Source of the DNA: Alphaproteobacteria bacterium
GTDB lineage: Bacteria; Pseudomonadota; Alphaproteobacteria; Acetobacterales; Acetobacteraceae
Direction: 5' to 3'
Length of the DNA stretch: 64,000 nucleotides
Assembly: GCA_017307335.1 (NCBI GenBank)
Contig: JAFKFJ010000182.1
Location: 713-64,712, forward strand
The notes under the pieces were generated by a model. It had not been told where the DNA came from. It worked only from the letters and a program-made list of their open reading frames with translations, and did not search any database. Positions 17,667 through 27,113 of the stretch are shown here, in pieces (positions within the stretch are counted from its first letter, which is position 1; every line of letters begins with the position of its first letter). The translations under genes were made by a program, and so were the position numbers.

Positions 17667-18692
17667 GTGGCCGCCTTCATTCCGCGACGTGCTCTTTTCC
17701 GCCGACTGGCCCTGATCGCGTTCCTCATGCCCGTGCTCGCCGCGGCGCCGGCGCGGGCGGAGACCATCACGCTCTACAGCGCCCAGCACGAGCAGCTCGT
17801 CGACCAGCTGACCAAGGAATTCACGAAGGAAAGCGGCATCCGCGTGCGCGTGCGCTCCGGCGAGGCGCCGGAGATCGCCAACCAGATCGCCAAGGAGGGC
17901 GCCCGCTCTCCGGCCGACGTGTATTTCACGGAAAACTCGCCGGAGCTCACGCTGCTCGACGAGAAGGGGCTGCTCGCCCCCGTCGATCGCGCGACGCTCG
18001 CCGCGGTGCCGGCGAAATACAGTGCGGCCAGCGGCAACTGGGTGGGCGTGCTGGCGCGCGAGAACGTGCTGGCGTTCAATCCGAAGCTGATCGCCGAGGA
18101 CGCGCTGCCGCACTCGCTGCTCGATCTCGCGAAACCCGAATGGAAGGGCAAGATCGCGATCGCGCCGAGCGACGCCGACTTCCTGCCCCTCGTCGCCGCC
18201 GTGGCCGCCCTGCATGGCGAGCAGGCGGCACTCGCGTGGCTCAAGGGCCTGCAGGAGAACGCGCAGATCTTCGACGATGACGAGGGCGTGGTGGCCGCGG
18301 TGGACCGCGGCACGGTCGCGGCCGGCGTGATCAACAACTACTACTGGGCGCGGCTGCGCACCGAGCAGGGCGAGGCCAAGACCACGAGCCGCATCCATCA
18401 CTTCGCCGGCGGCGATGTCGGCGGGCTGATCAACGTCTCCGGCGCCGCGGTCCTGAAATCCTCGAAGCACCAGGCGGCGGCACAGCGCTTTCTCGCCTTC
18501 CTGGTCAGTCCGAAGGTGCAGACCGCCATCGCGCAGGGCGACGTCGACTTCGAATATCCGCTGGCGCCGGGCGTGGCGCCCAATCCGCTGCTGAAACCCT
18601 TCGATGCCCTGCAGCCGCCGGCGCTGAGCATGAACCAGCTCGGCGACGATCAGGCGGCGGCACGGCTGCTGCGGCAGGCAGGCCTGATCTGA
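17667..18692 (+). CDS. fbpA: Fe(3+) ABC transporter substrate-binding protein
   Basis: GTG 17667 after GGAGG. Signal peptide. ITLYSAQHEQL... and YFTENSPEL are typical of the FbpA/AfuA family. Confidence 0.85.
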   Translation: MAAFIPRRALFRRLALIAFLMPVLAAAPARAETITLYSAQHEQLVDQLTKEFTKESGIRVRVRSGEAPEIANQIAKEGARSPADVYFTENSPELTLLDEKGLLAPVDRATLAAVPAKYSAASGNWVGVLARENVLAFNPKLIAEDALPHSLLDLAKPEWKGKIAIAPSDADFLPLVAAVAALHGEQAALAWLKGLQENAQIFDDDEGVVAAVDRGTVAAGVINNYYWARLRTEQGEAKTTSRIHHFAGGDVGGLINVSGAAVLKSSKHQAAAQRFLAFLVSPKVQTAIAQGDVDFEYPLAPGVAPNPLLKPFDALQPPALSMNQLGDDQAAARLLRQAGLI

Positions 18693-20248
18693 TGATGGCC
18701 GGCAGCGTCGCCCGCCCGCCGGCGGCGCTGCTCGTGCTCGCCGTGGCGGTGGCGGTGCTGGTGCTGCTGCCGGTCGCCAGCACGCTGTTCGAGGCGGCGC
18801 AGGTGAGCGGCGCGGAGGCGGCGGAGCTGTTGTTCCGCCCGCTGGTCGGCAAGCTGCTGATCAACACCGTCGGCCTCGCGCTCGCGACCACCCTTGTCAC
18901 CGCGGTGATCGGCACCGCCTGCGCCTGGGCGGTCGAGCGCACGCGGCTGCCGGGGCGGGCGGTGTGGCGCGTGCTCGCGGTGGTGCCGCTCGCGGTGCCG
19001 CCGTTCATCAGCTCCTACGCCTGGGTTTCGCTCAGTTCGGCGCTGCAGGATTTCTGGGGGGCGCTGCTGGTGGTGAGCGGCGCCTACTACCCGCTCGTCT
19101 ACCTGCCGGTCGCCGCGGCGCTGCGCGGGATGGACCCGGCGCTGGAGGAGAGCGCGCGCCTGCTCGGCCACGGGCCGTGGCGCTGCTTCTTCGCTGTCGT
19201 GCTGCGCCAGCTTCGCCCCGCACTGCTCGGCGGCATGCTGCTCGTGGCGCTGCACATGCTGGGCGAGTTCGGCGCCTTCACGCTGCTGCGCTTCCGCACC
19301 TTCACCACGGAGCTTTATGCCGAATACCGCACCGGCTTCGACGGTCCGGGCGCGTCGCTGCTGGCGGTGGTGCTGCTGGTGCTGTGCCTGATCTGTGTGG
19401 TGGCGGAGATGCGGGTACGGGCGGCGTCGCGCTACGCGCGGCTCGGCCGCGGCACGCGGCGTCGCGCCAGTCCGCACGAGCTTGGCCTCGCGACCCTGCC
19501 GGTGCTCGCCGGGTTCGCGGCGCTGGTGGTGGCGACGCTCGGCGTGCCGCTGGGGATGATCCTCTACTGGCTCACGCAGCACGGCGCGGCGGCGATCACG
19601 CCGGCCAGCGTCTCGCTCGACCGGATGGCCGATGCGACGCTCGCCTCGGTCTGGCTCAGCGCCGCGGGGGCGGGCGTCACCGTGCTGCTCGCGCTGCCGC
19701 TCGCCTTCCTGGCCGCGCGCCATCCGGGCTGGGCCAGCACGTTTTTAGAGCGCGCCGCGTACCTGACGCAGGGGGTGCCGGCGATCGTCGTGGCGCTCGC
19801 GCTGATCGGGCTCACGCTCGGCGCGGTGCCGCCGCTCTACCAGAGTGCCGGGCTGCTGATCTTCGCCTACGCCATCCTCTGCCTGCCGCTGGCGCTGGTC
19901 AGCGTGCGCGCGGCGTTCCTGCAGGCCGAGCGGACGCTGGAGGAGATGGCGCGCGGGCTCGGGCTCGGCTGGGCCGCGGTGCTGTGGCGCGTCGTGCTGC
20001 CGCTCGCCGGCGCCGGGATCGGGGCGGCGGCGGCGCTCGTGTTCGTGGCGGTGGTGACGGAGCTGACCGCGACCCTGCTGCTGGCGCCCATCGGCACCCG
20101 CACGCTGGCGACCGAGGTGTGGGCCAACACCTCCACGCTCGCCTTCGCCGCCGCCGCCCCCTACGCGGCGCTGATGGCGGCGCTGTCGCTGCTCTCCACC
20201 TGGCTGCTGGCGCGCCGCTTCGGCGGCGGCACGCTGGCGGCGGCCTGA
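18692..20248 (+). CDS. fbpB: iron ABC transporter permease (two fused permease domains)
   Basis: 518 aa, duplicated binding-protein-dependent transport permease architecture. Overlaps the fbpA stop. Confidence 0.85.
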   Translation: MMAGSVARPPAALLVLAVAVAVLVLLPVASTLFEAAQVSGAEAAELLFRPLVGKLLINTVGLALATTLVTAVIGTACAWAVERTRLPGRAVWRVLAVVPLAVPPFISSYAWVSLSSALQDFWGALLVVSGAYYPLVYLPVAAALRGMDPALEESARLLGHGPWRCFFAVVLRQLRPALLGGMLLVALHMLGEFGAFTLLRFRTFTTELYAEYRTGFDGPGASLLAVVLLVLCLICVVAEMRVRAASRYARLGRGTRRRASPHELGLATLPVLAGFAALVVATLGVPLGMILYWLTQHGAAAITPASVSLDRMADATLASVWLSAAGAGVTVLLALPLAFLAARHPGWASTFLERAAYLTQGVPAIVVALALIGLTLGAVPPLYQSAGLLIFAYAILCLPLALVSVRAAFLQAERTLEEMARGLGLGWAAVLWRVVLPLAGAGIGAAAALVFVAVVTELTATLLLAPIGTRTLATEVWANTSTLAFAAAAPYAALMAALSLLSTWLLARRFGGGTLAAA

Positions 20249-20259
20249 GGGGCACGGCA

Positions 20260-21369
20260 ATGGCGGCGCTGCAGGTCCGGGGGGTGCGCAAGGCGTTCGA
20301 CCGCCAGCCGGTGCTGCAGGGCGTCGACCTGGCGGTCGATGCCGGAAGGCTGGTGGCGATCCTCGGCCGCTCCGGCAGCGGCAAGACGACGCTGCTGCGC
20401 CTGATCTGCGGGTTCGAGCGGGTCGATGCGGGAGAGATCGCGATCGAGGGGCAGTGCGTCTCCACCCCCACGCTGCGGCTGCCGCCCGAGCAGCGGCGCA
20501 TCGGCTACGTCGCGCAGGAAGGGGCGCTGTTTCCGCACCTGGCGGTCGCCGACAACGTGCTGTTCGGCCTGCCGCGCGCCGCACGGCGGGAGCGTCACCG
20601 GGCGGAGGCGCTGCTCGAGATGGTGGGGCTCCCGCCCGCCTATGCCGCGCGCTGGCCGCACGAGCTTTCGGGCGGCGAGCAGCAGCGCGTGGCGCTGGCC
20701 CGCGCCCTCGCCCCCGCGCCGCGGCTGGTGCTGCTCGACGAGCCGTTCTCCTCGCTCGATGCGGCACTGCGGGTGGAGACGCGCGAGGCGGTGGCGGCGG
20801 CGCTGCGGCAGGCGGGGGCCACCGCGCTGCTGGTCACGCACGACCAGGCCGAGGCGCTGTCGCTTGGCCAGGAGGTCGCGGTGCTGCGCGCGGGGCGGGT
20901 GGTGCAGATGGCGAGCCCGGAGGTGCTCTACCGCCAGCCTGCCGACGCCGAGCTGGCGCGCTTCGTGGGCGAGGCGGTGCTGCTGCCGGGCGTCGCGGAT
21001 GGCGGGCAGGTGCACTGTGTCCTCGGCATGCTGCCGCTCGCCTCCGCCGTGCCGGACGGGCCGGTGGAGGTGATGCTGCGCCCCGAGCAGCTCGTGCCGA
21101 GCCAGCCGCGCCGGCTGCCGCAGGCGGCGGCAACGGTGCGCGCCGTGACCTTCTACGGGCCGGATGCGCGGGTACGGCTCGCGCTCAGCGACGCGGGCAC
21201 GGTGCTGGAACTGATCGCCCGCGTTCCCGGTCACATGGCCCCGGCGCCCGGCGAGCCGGTCGGGGTCGGCGTCACCGGCGCCGTGGTGGCGTTTGCGCGG
21301 CCGTCGGCCGGCGCTTCGATTGCGCCCTTTGCTTCGCCAAGGCGGGCCGGCGCGGCCCGCTGGACTTGA
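20260..21369 (+). CDS. fbpC: iron(III) ABC transporter ATP-binding protein
   Basis: ATG 20260, in frame in the 3' part of track ORF 18964..21369. Walker A GRSGSGKTT, signature LSGGEQQRVALARAL, Walker B LVLLDEPFS. Confidence 0.85.
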   Translation: MAALQVRGVRKAFDRQPVLQGVDLAVDAGRLVAILGRSGSGKTTLLRLICGFERVDAGEIAIEGQCVSTPTLRLPPEQRRIGYVAQEGALFPHLAVADNVLFGLPRAARRERHRAEALLEMVGLPPAYAARWPHELSGGEQQRVALARALAPAPRLVLLDEPFSSLDAALRVETREAVAAALRQAGATALLVTHDQAEALSLGQEVAVLRAGRVVQMASPEVLYRQPADAELARFVGEAVLLPGVADGGQVHCVLGMLPLASAVPDGPVEVMLRPEQLVPSQPRRLPQAAATVRAVTFYGPDARVRLALSDAGTVLELIARVPGHMAPAPGEPVGVGVTGAVVAFARPSAGASIAPFASPRRAGAARWT

Positions 21370-21386
21370 CCGGCCTTGGTGCCCCT

Positions 21387-21417
21387 GATAATGCGAATTA
21401 GTCGCAATTGCAGAATA
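21387..21417. promoter_or_regulatory. Fur-box-like AT-rich element upstream of the OprB-family porin gene (TGATAATGCGAATTAGTCGCAATTGCAGAATA)
   Basis: GATAATGCGAATTAGTCGC matches the classical Fur box GATAATGATAATCATTATC at 13 of 19 positions, counted by hand. Contains the inverted repeat TGCGA-N5-TCGCA (21392-21406) and shares its core with the fbpA upstream site. Confidence 0.45.
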
Positions 21418-21430
21418 CGACGGGGGCCCT

Positions 21431-22936
21431 GTGCCGACACGACATGCGTTGACGCCACGAGCGACGTCCGCTCGCGGCACGATCCTTTCCCTGCTGACGG
21501 CCGCATCGCTGGCCGCGGTGCCGCGGGCGATGGCGCAGGAGGCCGCCTCGCCGGCGGCACCCGCAACGCCGCCTTCCGCCACGCCGGCCGCCGCGCCTTC
21601 GTCGAGCTCCGGCTTCCTCGGCGACCTGTTCGCGCGCGACAAGCTGCTGGGCGATATGGGCGGCCTGCGCACCGACCTGGGCAATTACGGCATCTCGCTC
21701 GGCTTCCAGGAAATCAGCGAGGTGCTGGGCAACGTGACCGGCGGCGTGCACACGGGTGTCGACTATGACGGGGTCACCGAGATGAGCCTCGGCCTCGACA
21801 CCCAGAAGGCGTTCGGCTGGGCGGGCGGCATCTTCAACATCAGCGCCCTGCAGATCCACGGCCGCAACCTCAGCACCGACAATCTGTACACCTTGCAGAC
21901 GGCGAGCGGCATCGAGGCGGATCGCACGACGCGGCTGTGGGAGATCTGGTACCAGCAGTCGTTCCTGGACGGTGCCGCCGACGTGAAGATCGGCCAGCAG
22001 AGCATCGACCAGGAATTCATGGTCAGCGCCTACTCGGGCCTGTTCATCAACACCGCGATGGGCTGGCCGGCGCTGCCGTCCTACGGACTGTACGCGGGCG
22101 GCCCGGCCTATCCGCTGTCCTCGCTCGGCATCCGGCTGCGCACGACGCCGCTGCCGCGGGTGACGGTGCTGGCCGGCGTGTTCAACGACAATCCGCCCGG
22201 CGGCCCGTTCGACGACGACTCCCAGTTGCGCGGCGCCGAGGCTGCCGGCCTGATGTTCAACATGAACACCGGCGCGCTCTGGATCGCGGAGCTGCAGTAC
22301 GCGCTCAACCAGCCCGCACCCGGCGACGTGGTGACGCCCGACTCGCCGCCGCCCGGGCTGCCGGGCACGTACAAGATCGGGTTCTGGTACGACTCCGCCA
22401 CCTTCCCCGATCAGCGGCTCGACACCATGGGCGTGTCGCTCGCCAGCCCCGCGAGCAACGGCATGCCGCGCATGCATCGCGGCAACTACAGCGTCTATGC
22501 GGTCGCCGACCAGATGATCTGGCGGCCCGACCCGGACAGCCCGCAGGCGGTGGGGGTGTTCCTGCGCGGCATGGGGGCGCCGGCCGACCGCAACCTGCTC
22601 TCGTTCAGCGTCAACGGCGGCGTCACCATCACGGCACCGCTGCCGGGGCGCGACAACGACACCGCGGGCATCGGCTTCGGCGTCGCGCAGGTGAGCAGCA
22701 ACGCGGCCCAGCTGGACCGCGACACCGGCTTCTACACCCAGACCAACTATCCCGTGCGCAGCACTGAGACATTCATCGAGGCGACCTATCAGTACCAGGT
22801 CGCAGGATGGTGGGTGGTGCAGCCTGACCTGCAATACGTGTTCCGCCCGAGCGGGGGCATCCCCAACCCGATCGAGCCGACCAAGATCATCGGCAACGAG
22901 CTGGTGCTCGGGCTCCGTACCTACGTGACGTTCTGA
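21431..22936 (+). CDS. carbohydrate-selective porin, OprB family
   Basis: 501 aa. Signal peptide ending AMAQE. OprB-like segments (LGDMGGLRTDLGNYGISLG, LWEIWYQQSF) and a C-terminal aromatic residue (TYVTF) typical of OM beta-barrels. Confidence 0.8.
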   Translation: MPTRHALTPRATSARGTILSLLTAASLAAVPRAMAQEAASPAAPATPPSATPAAAPSSSSGFLGDLFARDKLLGDMGGLRTDLGNYGISLGFQEISEVLGNVTGGVHTGVDYDGVTEMSLGLDTQKAFGWAGGIFNISALQIHGRNLSTDNLYTLQTASGIEADRTTRLWEIWYQQSFLDGAADVKIGQQSIDQEFMVSAYSGLFINTAMGWPALPSYGLYAGGPAYPLSSLGIRLRTTPLPRVTVLAGVFNDNPPGGPFDDDSQLRGAEAAGLMFNMNTGALWIAELQYALNQPAPGDVVTPDSPPPGLPGTYKIGFWYDSATFPDQRLDTMGVSLASPASNGMPRMHRGNYSVYAVADQMIWRPDPDSPQAVGVFLRGMGAPADRNLLSFSVNGGVTITAPLPGRDNDTAGIGFGVAQVSSNAAQLDRDTGFYTQTNYPVRSTETFIEATYQYQVAGWWVVQPDLQYVFRPSGGIPNPIEPTKIIGNELVLGLRTYVTF

Positions 22937-22965
22937 TCCCCCTGATCCTGCCGAGGAGATCGCCG

Positions 22966-24090
22966 ATGACACGAAATACTCTGTTCGCATCGCTGGGGCT
23001 GGCAGCGGCGCTGCTGCTGCCAGCGGCACCGGCACCGGCGGCGGAGCCGGCCGGATTCCTCTCCCGCATCCGCCATCACCACACGCTCACCTCCACCGTG
23101 CCGGACAACGGCGACCAGAACCCGTACGCGATCGTCGTGGCCCCGATCGCAGCCGGGAAGATCCAGAAGGACGACGTTCTGGTCGGCAACTTCAACGACA
23201 AGAGCAACCTGCAGGGAACCGGATCGACCATCGTCATCTACCGTCCCTCGACGAAGAAGATGTCGTTGTTCGCCGAGGTTCCACGCAACCTCGGCGGCTG
23301 TCCGGGCGGGATCGGGCTCACCACCGCGATGACCATGCTGAAATCCGGCTGGGTGATCGTGGGCAGCCTGCCGAGCAAGGACGGCACGACCGCGACGAAG
23401 GGCCAGGGCTGCCTGATCGTGCTCGATTCCGAAGGCCACGTTGCAGGCACGATCACCGGCCCCAACATCAATGGTCCGTGGGGCAACATGGCAGTGATCG
23501 ACAAGGGCGCCACGGCCACGCTGTTCGTGAGCAACACCGGCTTCGACGTCGGCGCGGCGACCGACGATTCGCCGGTGATCAAGCTCGCCACCGTGCTGCG
23601 CCTGGAGCTCTCGATCCCCGAGGGCAAGCCGCCCGTGGTCACGAACGAGACCGTCGTGGCCAGCGGCTTCGGCCAGCAGGCGGACAAGAGCGTGTTCATC
23701 ATCGGCCCCACGGGCCTCGCCCTCGGTGCGAACGACGTGCTCTACGTCGCCGATGCGATCGGCAACCGCATCGACGAGATCCGTGAGGCCACAACGCGCA
23801 CGACGAGTGCGGGCGTCGGCCGCGTCATCACCCAGGACGGGTTGTTGAAGCGGCCGCTCGCGCTCACGACCTTGCCGAACGGCCATCTCTTGACGACCAA
23901 TGGGCTGAACGGCCAGGTGGTGGAGATCGATCCGGTGGGCGGGCGGCAGATCGCGGCGCGTTGGGTCAATACCAACAAGGCGCAGACGCCGCCGGGCAGC
24001 GGCAATCTGTTCGGCATCGCCGTCACGCCGGAGGGCGACGGTTTCTATTTCGTGGAGGACGACGTGAACACGCTCGCTTTGGCGCGATGA
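22966..24090 (+). CDS. secreted hypothetical protein, probable beta-propeller (NHL-like repeats)
   Basis: Signal peptide. Repeated strand-rich segments such as VLYVADAIGNRIDEI and GHLLTTNGLNGQVVEID. Stop overlaps the Dyp peroxidase start (ATGA). Confidence 0.6.
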   Translation: MTRNTLFASLGLAAALLLPAAPAPAAEPAGFLSRIRHHHTLTSTVPDNGDQNPYAIVVAPIAAGKIQKDDVLVGNFNDKSNLQGTGSTIVIYRPSTKKMSLFAEVPRNLGGCPGGIGLTTAMTMLKSGWVIVGSLPSKDGTTATKGQGCLIVLDSEGHVAGTITGPNINGPWGNMAVIDKGATATLFVSNTGFDVGAATDDSPVIKLATVLRLELSIPEGKPPVVTNETVVASGFGQQADKSVFIIGPTGLALGANDVLYVADAIGNRIDEIREATTRTTSAGVGRVITQDGLLKRPLALTTLPNGHLLTTNGLNGQVVEIDPVGGRQIAARWVNTNKAQTPPGSGNLFGIAVTPEGDGFYFVEDDVNTLALAR

Positions 24091-25358
24091 ACCGCTGCCC
24101 CGTCGCCTCGCGCCGCGGACTGCTGGCGGCGGCGGGAGGACTCGTGGCCGCGGCTGCTGCCGGCCCCGCGCGCGCCGCGGCGGGCGGCGCGGCGGACGCC
24201 GGGGGGGCAGCCGCGACGGAGCCGTTCTGGGGCCGCTATCAGGGCGGCATCCTGACCCCGCAGCAGCGCCATGCGTGCACGGCCGCGTTCGACCTGACCA
24301 CCAGGAAGCGCGAGGCGGTGGAAGGACTGCTGCGCACCTGGACGGCGGCGGCGGCGCGCATGGCGAACGGCGAGACCGCCGCCCCGCTCGGCACGGATCT
24401 CAGCGCCCCGGCGCCGGACTCGGGCGTGGCCCTCGGTCTCAGTCCCGCGCGGCTGACCGTCACGGTCGGTTTCGGGGCCGGGCTGTTCATCAAGAACGGC
24501 GTCGACCGCTACGGGCTTGCCGCACAGCGTCCGGCGGCGCTGGTCGATCTGCCGCGCTTCACCGGCGATCAGCTCATCGCCGAGCGCAGCGGCGGCGACC
24601 TGTTCGTGCAGGCCTGCGCCGACGATGCGCAGGTCGCCTTCCATGCGGTGCGCCAGCTCGACCAGCTCGCCTACGGCGTCGCCGACAAGCGGTGGCTGCA
24701 GACGGGATTCCTGCCGGACGCGCCGGCCGGCGAGACGCCGCGCAACCTGATGGGGTTCAAGGACGGCACCGACAACCCCGCCGTGGGCGATGCCGGGGTG
24801 ATGGAGCAGGTGGTGTGGGTCGGCAGCGAGGGGCCGGCCTGGATGGAGCACGGCACCTACGCCGTGTTCCGCCGCATCCGCATCTCGCTCGAACACTGGG
24901 ACCGCATGGAGGTCGACTTCCAGGAGGAGACCATCGGGCGGCGCAAGTATTCCGGCGCGCCGCTGACAGGCACGAAGGAGTTCGACCCGCTCGACCTCAA
25001 CCGCGCCGATGCCGAGGGCGAGCCGGTGATCGCCGAGAACGCGCATGTCCGCCTGGCCGCCCCCGCGAGCAACGGCGGGGCCACGATCCTGCGCCGCGGC
25101 TACAGCTACAACGACGGCGTCACCTTCATCGCGGAGCGCTGGCCGCCATGGCGGCAGGGGATGCTGTACGACGCCGGGCTGCTGTTCGTGGCCTTCCAGC
25201 GCGATCCCCGCAGCGGGTTCATCCGGATTTTCGAGCCGATGGCGAAGCTCGACGCGCTCAACCAGTTCACGACCCACACCGCGAGCGGCCTGTTCGCCTG
25301 CCCGGGCGGGGCGGCGCCGGGCGAGTTCATCGGCCAGCGCCTGTTCATGACCGGCTGA
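24087..25358 (+). CDS. Tat-exported Dyp-type peroxidase (EfeB/YcdB-like deferrochelatase/peroxidase)
   Basis: Twin-arginine signal SRRGLLAAAGG. Dyp motifs GFKDGTDNP, RRGYSYNDG, and a C-terminal region typical of EfeB. Confidence 0.85.
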   Translation: MNRCPVASRRGLLAAAGGLVAAAAAGPARAAAGGAADAGGAAATEPFWGRYQGGILTPQQRHACTAAFDLTTRKREAVEGLLRTWTAAAARMANGETAAPLGTDLSAPAPDSGVALGLSPARLTVTVGFGAGLFIKNGVDRYGLAAQRPAALVDLPRFTGDQLIAERSGGDLFVQACADDAQVAFHAVRQLDQLAYGVADKRWLQTGFLPDAPAGETPRNLMGFKDGTDNPAVGDAGVMEQVVWVGSEGPAWMEHGTYAVFRRIRISLEHWDRMEVDFQEETIGRRKYSGAPLTGTKEFDPLDLNRADAEGEPVIAENAHVRLAAPASNGGATILRRGYSYNDGVTFIAERWPPWRQGMLYDAGLLFVAFQRDPRSGFIRIFEPMAKLDALNQFTTHTASGLFACPGGAAPGEFIGQRLFMTG

Positions 25359-25359
25359 G

Positions 25360-26349
25360 GTGCCGGGCCCGGCCGAGACCTGGCGCGCGAGCCTCGCCCC
25401 GCTCGCCGGCGCGGCCGCCGCCCTCGCCGCGCTGACGACGCGGCTGGCCGACGCGCCCGAGCCGCTCGCCGCCGGCTGGCGCGCCCGGCTCGCCTATCGC
25501 GAGGCAGCGGGGTGGCTCGCGCTGCAGGGCACCTGGGTGCACCCCACCGACCTCGCGCTGCGCGACGCCCATCTCGCCGGTTCCTACACCGCCGCGACGC
25601 TGGGCCGACGGCTGCCCTCGGTGCTGCCGGCAACGCTTGCGGGCGAGCCGGCGCCGGCGGCATCCGGCGGACCGCCGGCGGATGCGACGGTCGCCCAGGC
25701 GCTGGCGCTGGCGCGCACCTGGCGCCGGCTCGGGGAGCGTGGGAGCTGGGGCAATGCGCGCGACGACAGGGGCCGGCGCGACCTGCTGGCGACCCTGGGC
25801 GAGCCCGATCCGGACCCGGCCGTCCCCGCCGCGTGGCAGGCGGTGCTGGCGGCCGCTTCCGACCTGCCCCCGCTGCTCGCCGCCGCCGCCGCGGTGCCGG
25901 CCTGGGCGTCGCCCGCGCCGCTCGCGGCTGGCGCGGTGCTGCTGGGGGCCGCGTTGTGGCGGGATGCGAGCGGAACGCGCGGCCTCGCGCTGCCGCTGTT
26001 CGCCGCGCCGCTCACGCTGCTGCAGCGGCTTGCCGCCGCCCCGCCGGCCGCCTGGACGCCGACATTCCTCGGCGCCGTGACCGCAGCGGCGGAGGCGGGG
26101 ATGCAGGAGTTCCACCGCCTGCGCGCCGCCGCCAGCCGCGCGGCGGCGCTTCCCCACACCGCCCGGGCCCGGCTGCCGGCCGCCGTCGAACTGGCGCTGC
26201 GCCAGCCGGTGCTGACCCGTCCGATGCTGGCGCGCGCCATCGGCGTCAGCCCGCAGGCGGCGCTGACCCTGCTCGACCGGCTGGCGGCCGGCGGCGTGCT
26301 GCGCGAGGCGACCGGACGGGCGGCATGGCGGGTGTTCGTGGTGGCCTGA
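25360..26349 (+). CDS. DUF1612/HTH-domain protein (RHE_PE00001-like plasmid-associated family)
   Basis: N-terminal pattern LAAGWRARLAYREAAGWLALQGTWVHPTDLALRDA. C-terminal wHTH-like LTRPMLARAIGVSPQAALTLLDRLAAGGVLRE. Family assignment is from memory. Confidence 0.5.
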   Translation: MPGPAETWRASLAPLAGAAAALAALTTRLADAPEPLAAGWRARLAYREAAGWLALQGTWVHPTDLALRDAHLAGSYTAATLGRRLPSVLPATLAGEPAPAASGGPPADATVAQALALARTWRRLGERGSWGNARDDRGRRDLLATLGEPDPDPAVPAAWQAVLAAASDLPPLLAAAAAVPAWASPAPLAAGAVLLGAALWRDASGTRGLALPLFAAPLTLLQRLAAAPPAAWTPTFLGAVTAAAEAGMQEFHRLRAAASRAAALPHTARARLPAAVELALRQPVLTRPMLARAIGVSPQAALTLLDRLAAGGVLREATGRAAWRVFVVA

Positions 26350-26381
26350 AGGCGCGGGCGCGATTCGCCGCCGCCGCCCGC

Positions 26382-27113
26382 TCAGTCCGCGCCCTCGGTC
26401 ACGTCCACCACCACCACGGTGACGTTGTCGCGCGCCGGCCGCGCGAGCGTCGCTGCGATCAGCCGTTCGGCCGCCGCATTGGCTTCGGTCGCCAGCACCG
26501 CCGCGATCTCGGCTTCGGAAATCTCCTTGGTCAGACCATCGCTGCACAACAGCAGCCGGTCGCCGGCCACCAGGTGGTCGGAGACCTTGTCGAGCGTGAA
26601 CGGCTCTGCGTCGGCCGCCCCGACCGCGCGGGTGATCACGTTCGCCTGCGGGTGCGTCTCCGCCGCCTCCGGCGCAATCCGGCCGGCGTCGACGAGTTCC
26701 TGCACCAGGCTGTGGTCGTGGGTGATGCGCGTGAGCAATCCGCCGCGCCACAGATAGGCGCGCGAATCTCCGGCCCACAGACAGGCGAAATACGCGCCGC
26801 GGATGCAGAGCGCGACGAGCGTGGAGGCGATCGCGACATCGGGGCCGCGTTGCGCCGCCTCGGCGAGCAGGGCCTCGTGCACGGCGGCGACGCGGGTGCG
26901 GATCTCGCTCAGCAGGTCGCCGGCCGCGAGCCCGGCCGGAATCGCGCCCAGCGTCTCGACGAGCATGCCGGAGGCGACCTCGCCCGCATCATGCCCGCCT
27001 GCCCCGTCGGCCACCGCCCAGACGCCGAGATCGGGCCGATCGACGAACGCATCCTCGTTGTGCGAGCGGCGGTTGCCGACATGCGTCAGCCCTGCGGAGT
27101 GCACGCTCAGCAC
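26382..27113 (-). CDS. pppA: PP2C-family Ser/Thr phosphatase, T6SS-associated PppA
   Basis: Motifs GNRRSHNEDAF, AVADGAGGH, LLLCSDGL, DNVTVVVVDV. Overlaps the tagF stop by 7 nt. Confidence 0.85.
   Translation of the reverse strand: MLSVHSAGLTHVGNRRSHNEDAFVDRPDLGVWAVADGAGGHDAGEVASGMLVETLGAIPAGLAAGDLLSEIRTRVAAVHEALLAEAAQRGPDVAIASTLVALCIRGAYFACLWAGDSRAYLWRGGLLTRITHDHSLVQELVDAGRIAPEAAETHPQANVITRAVGAADAEPFTLDKVSDHLVAGDRLLLCSDGLTKEISEAEIAAVLATEANAAAERLIAATLARPARDNVTVVVVDVTEGAD

Noticed and set aside
18964-20259. N-terminal part of the 801-aa ORF 18964..21369
   Set aside because: Arg-rich alternative frame over fbpB. The real fbpC starts at ATG 20260.
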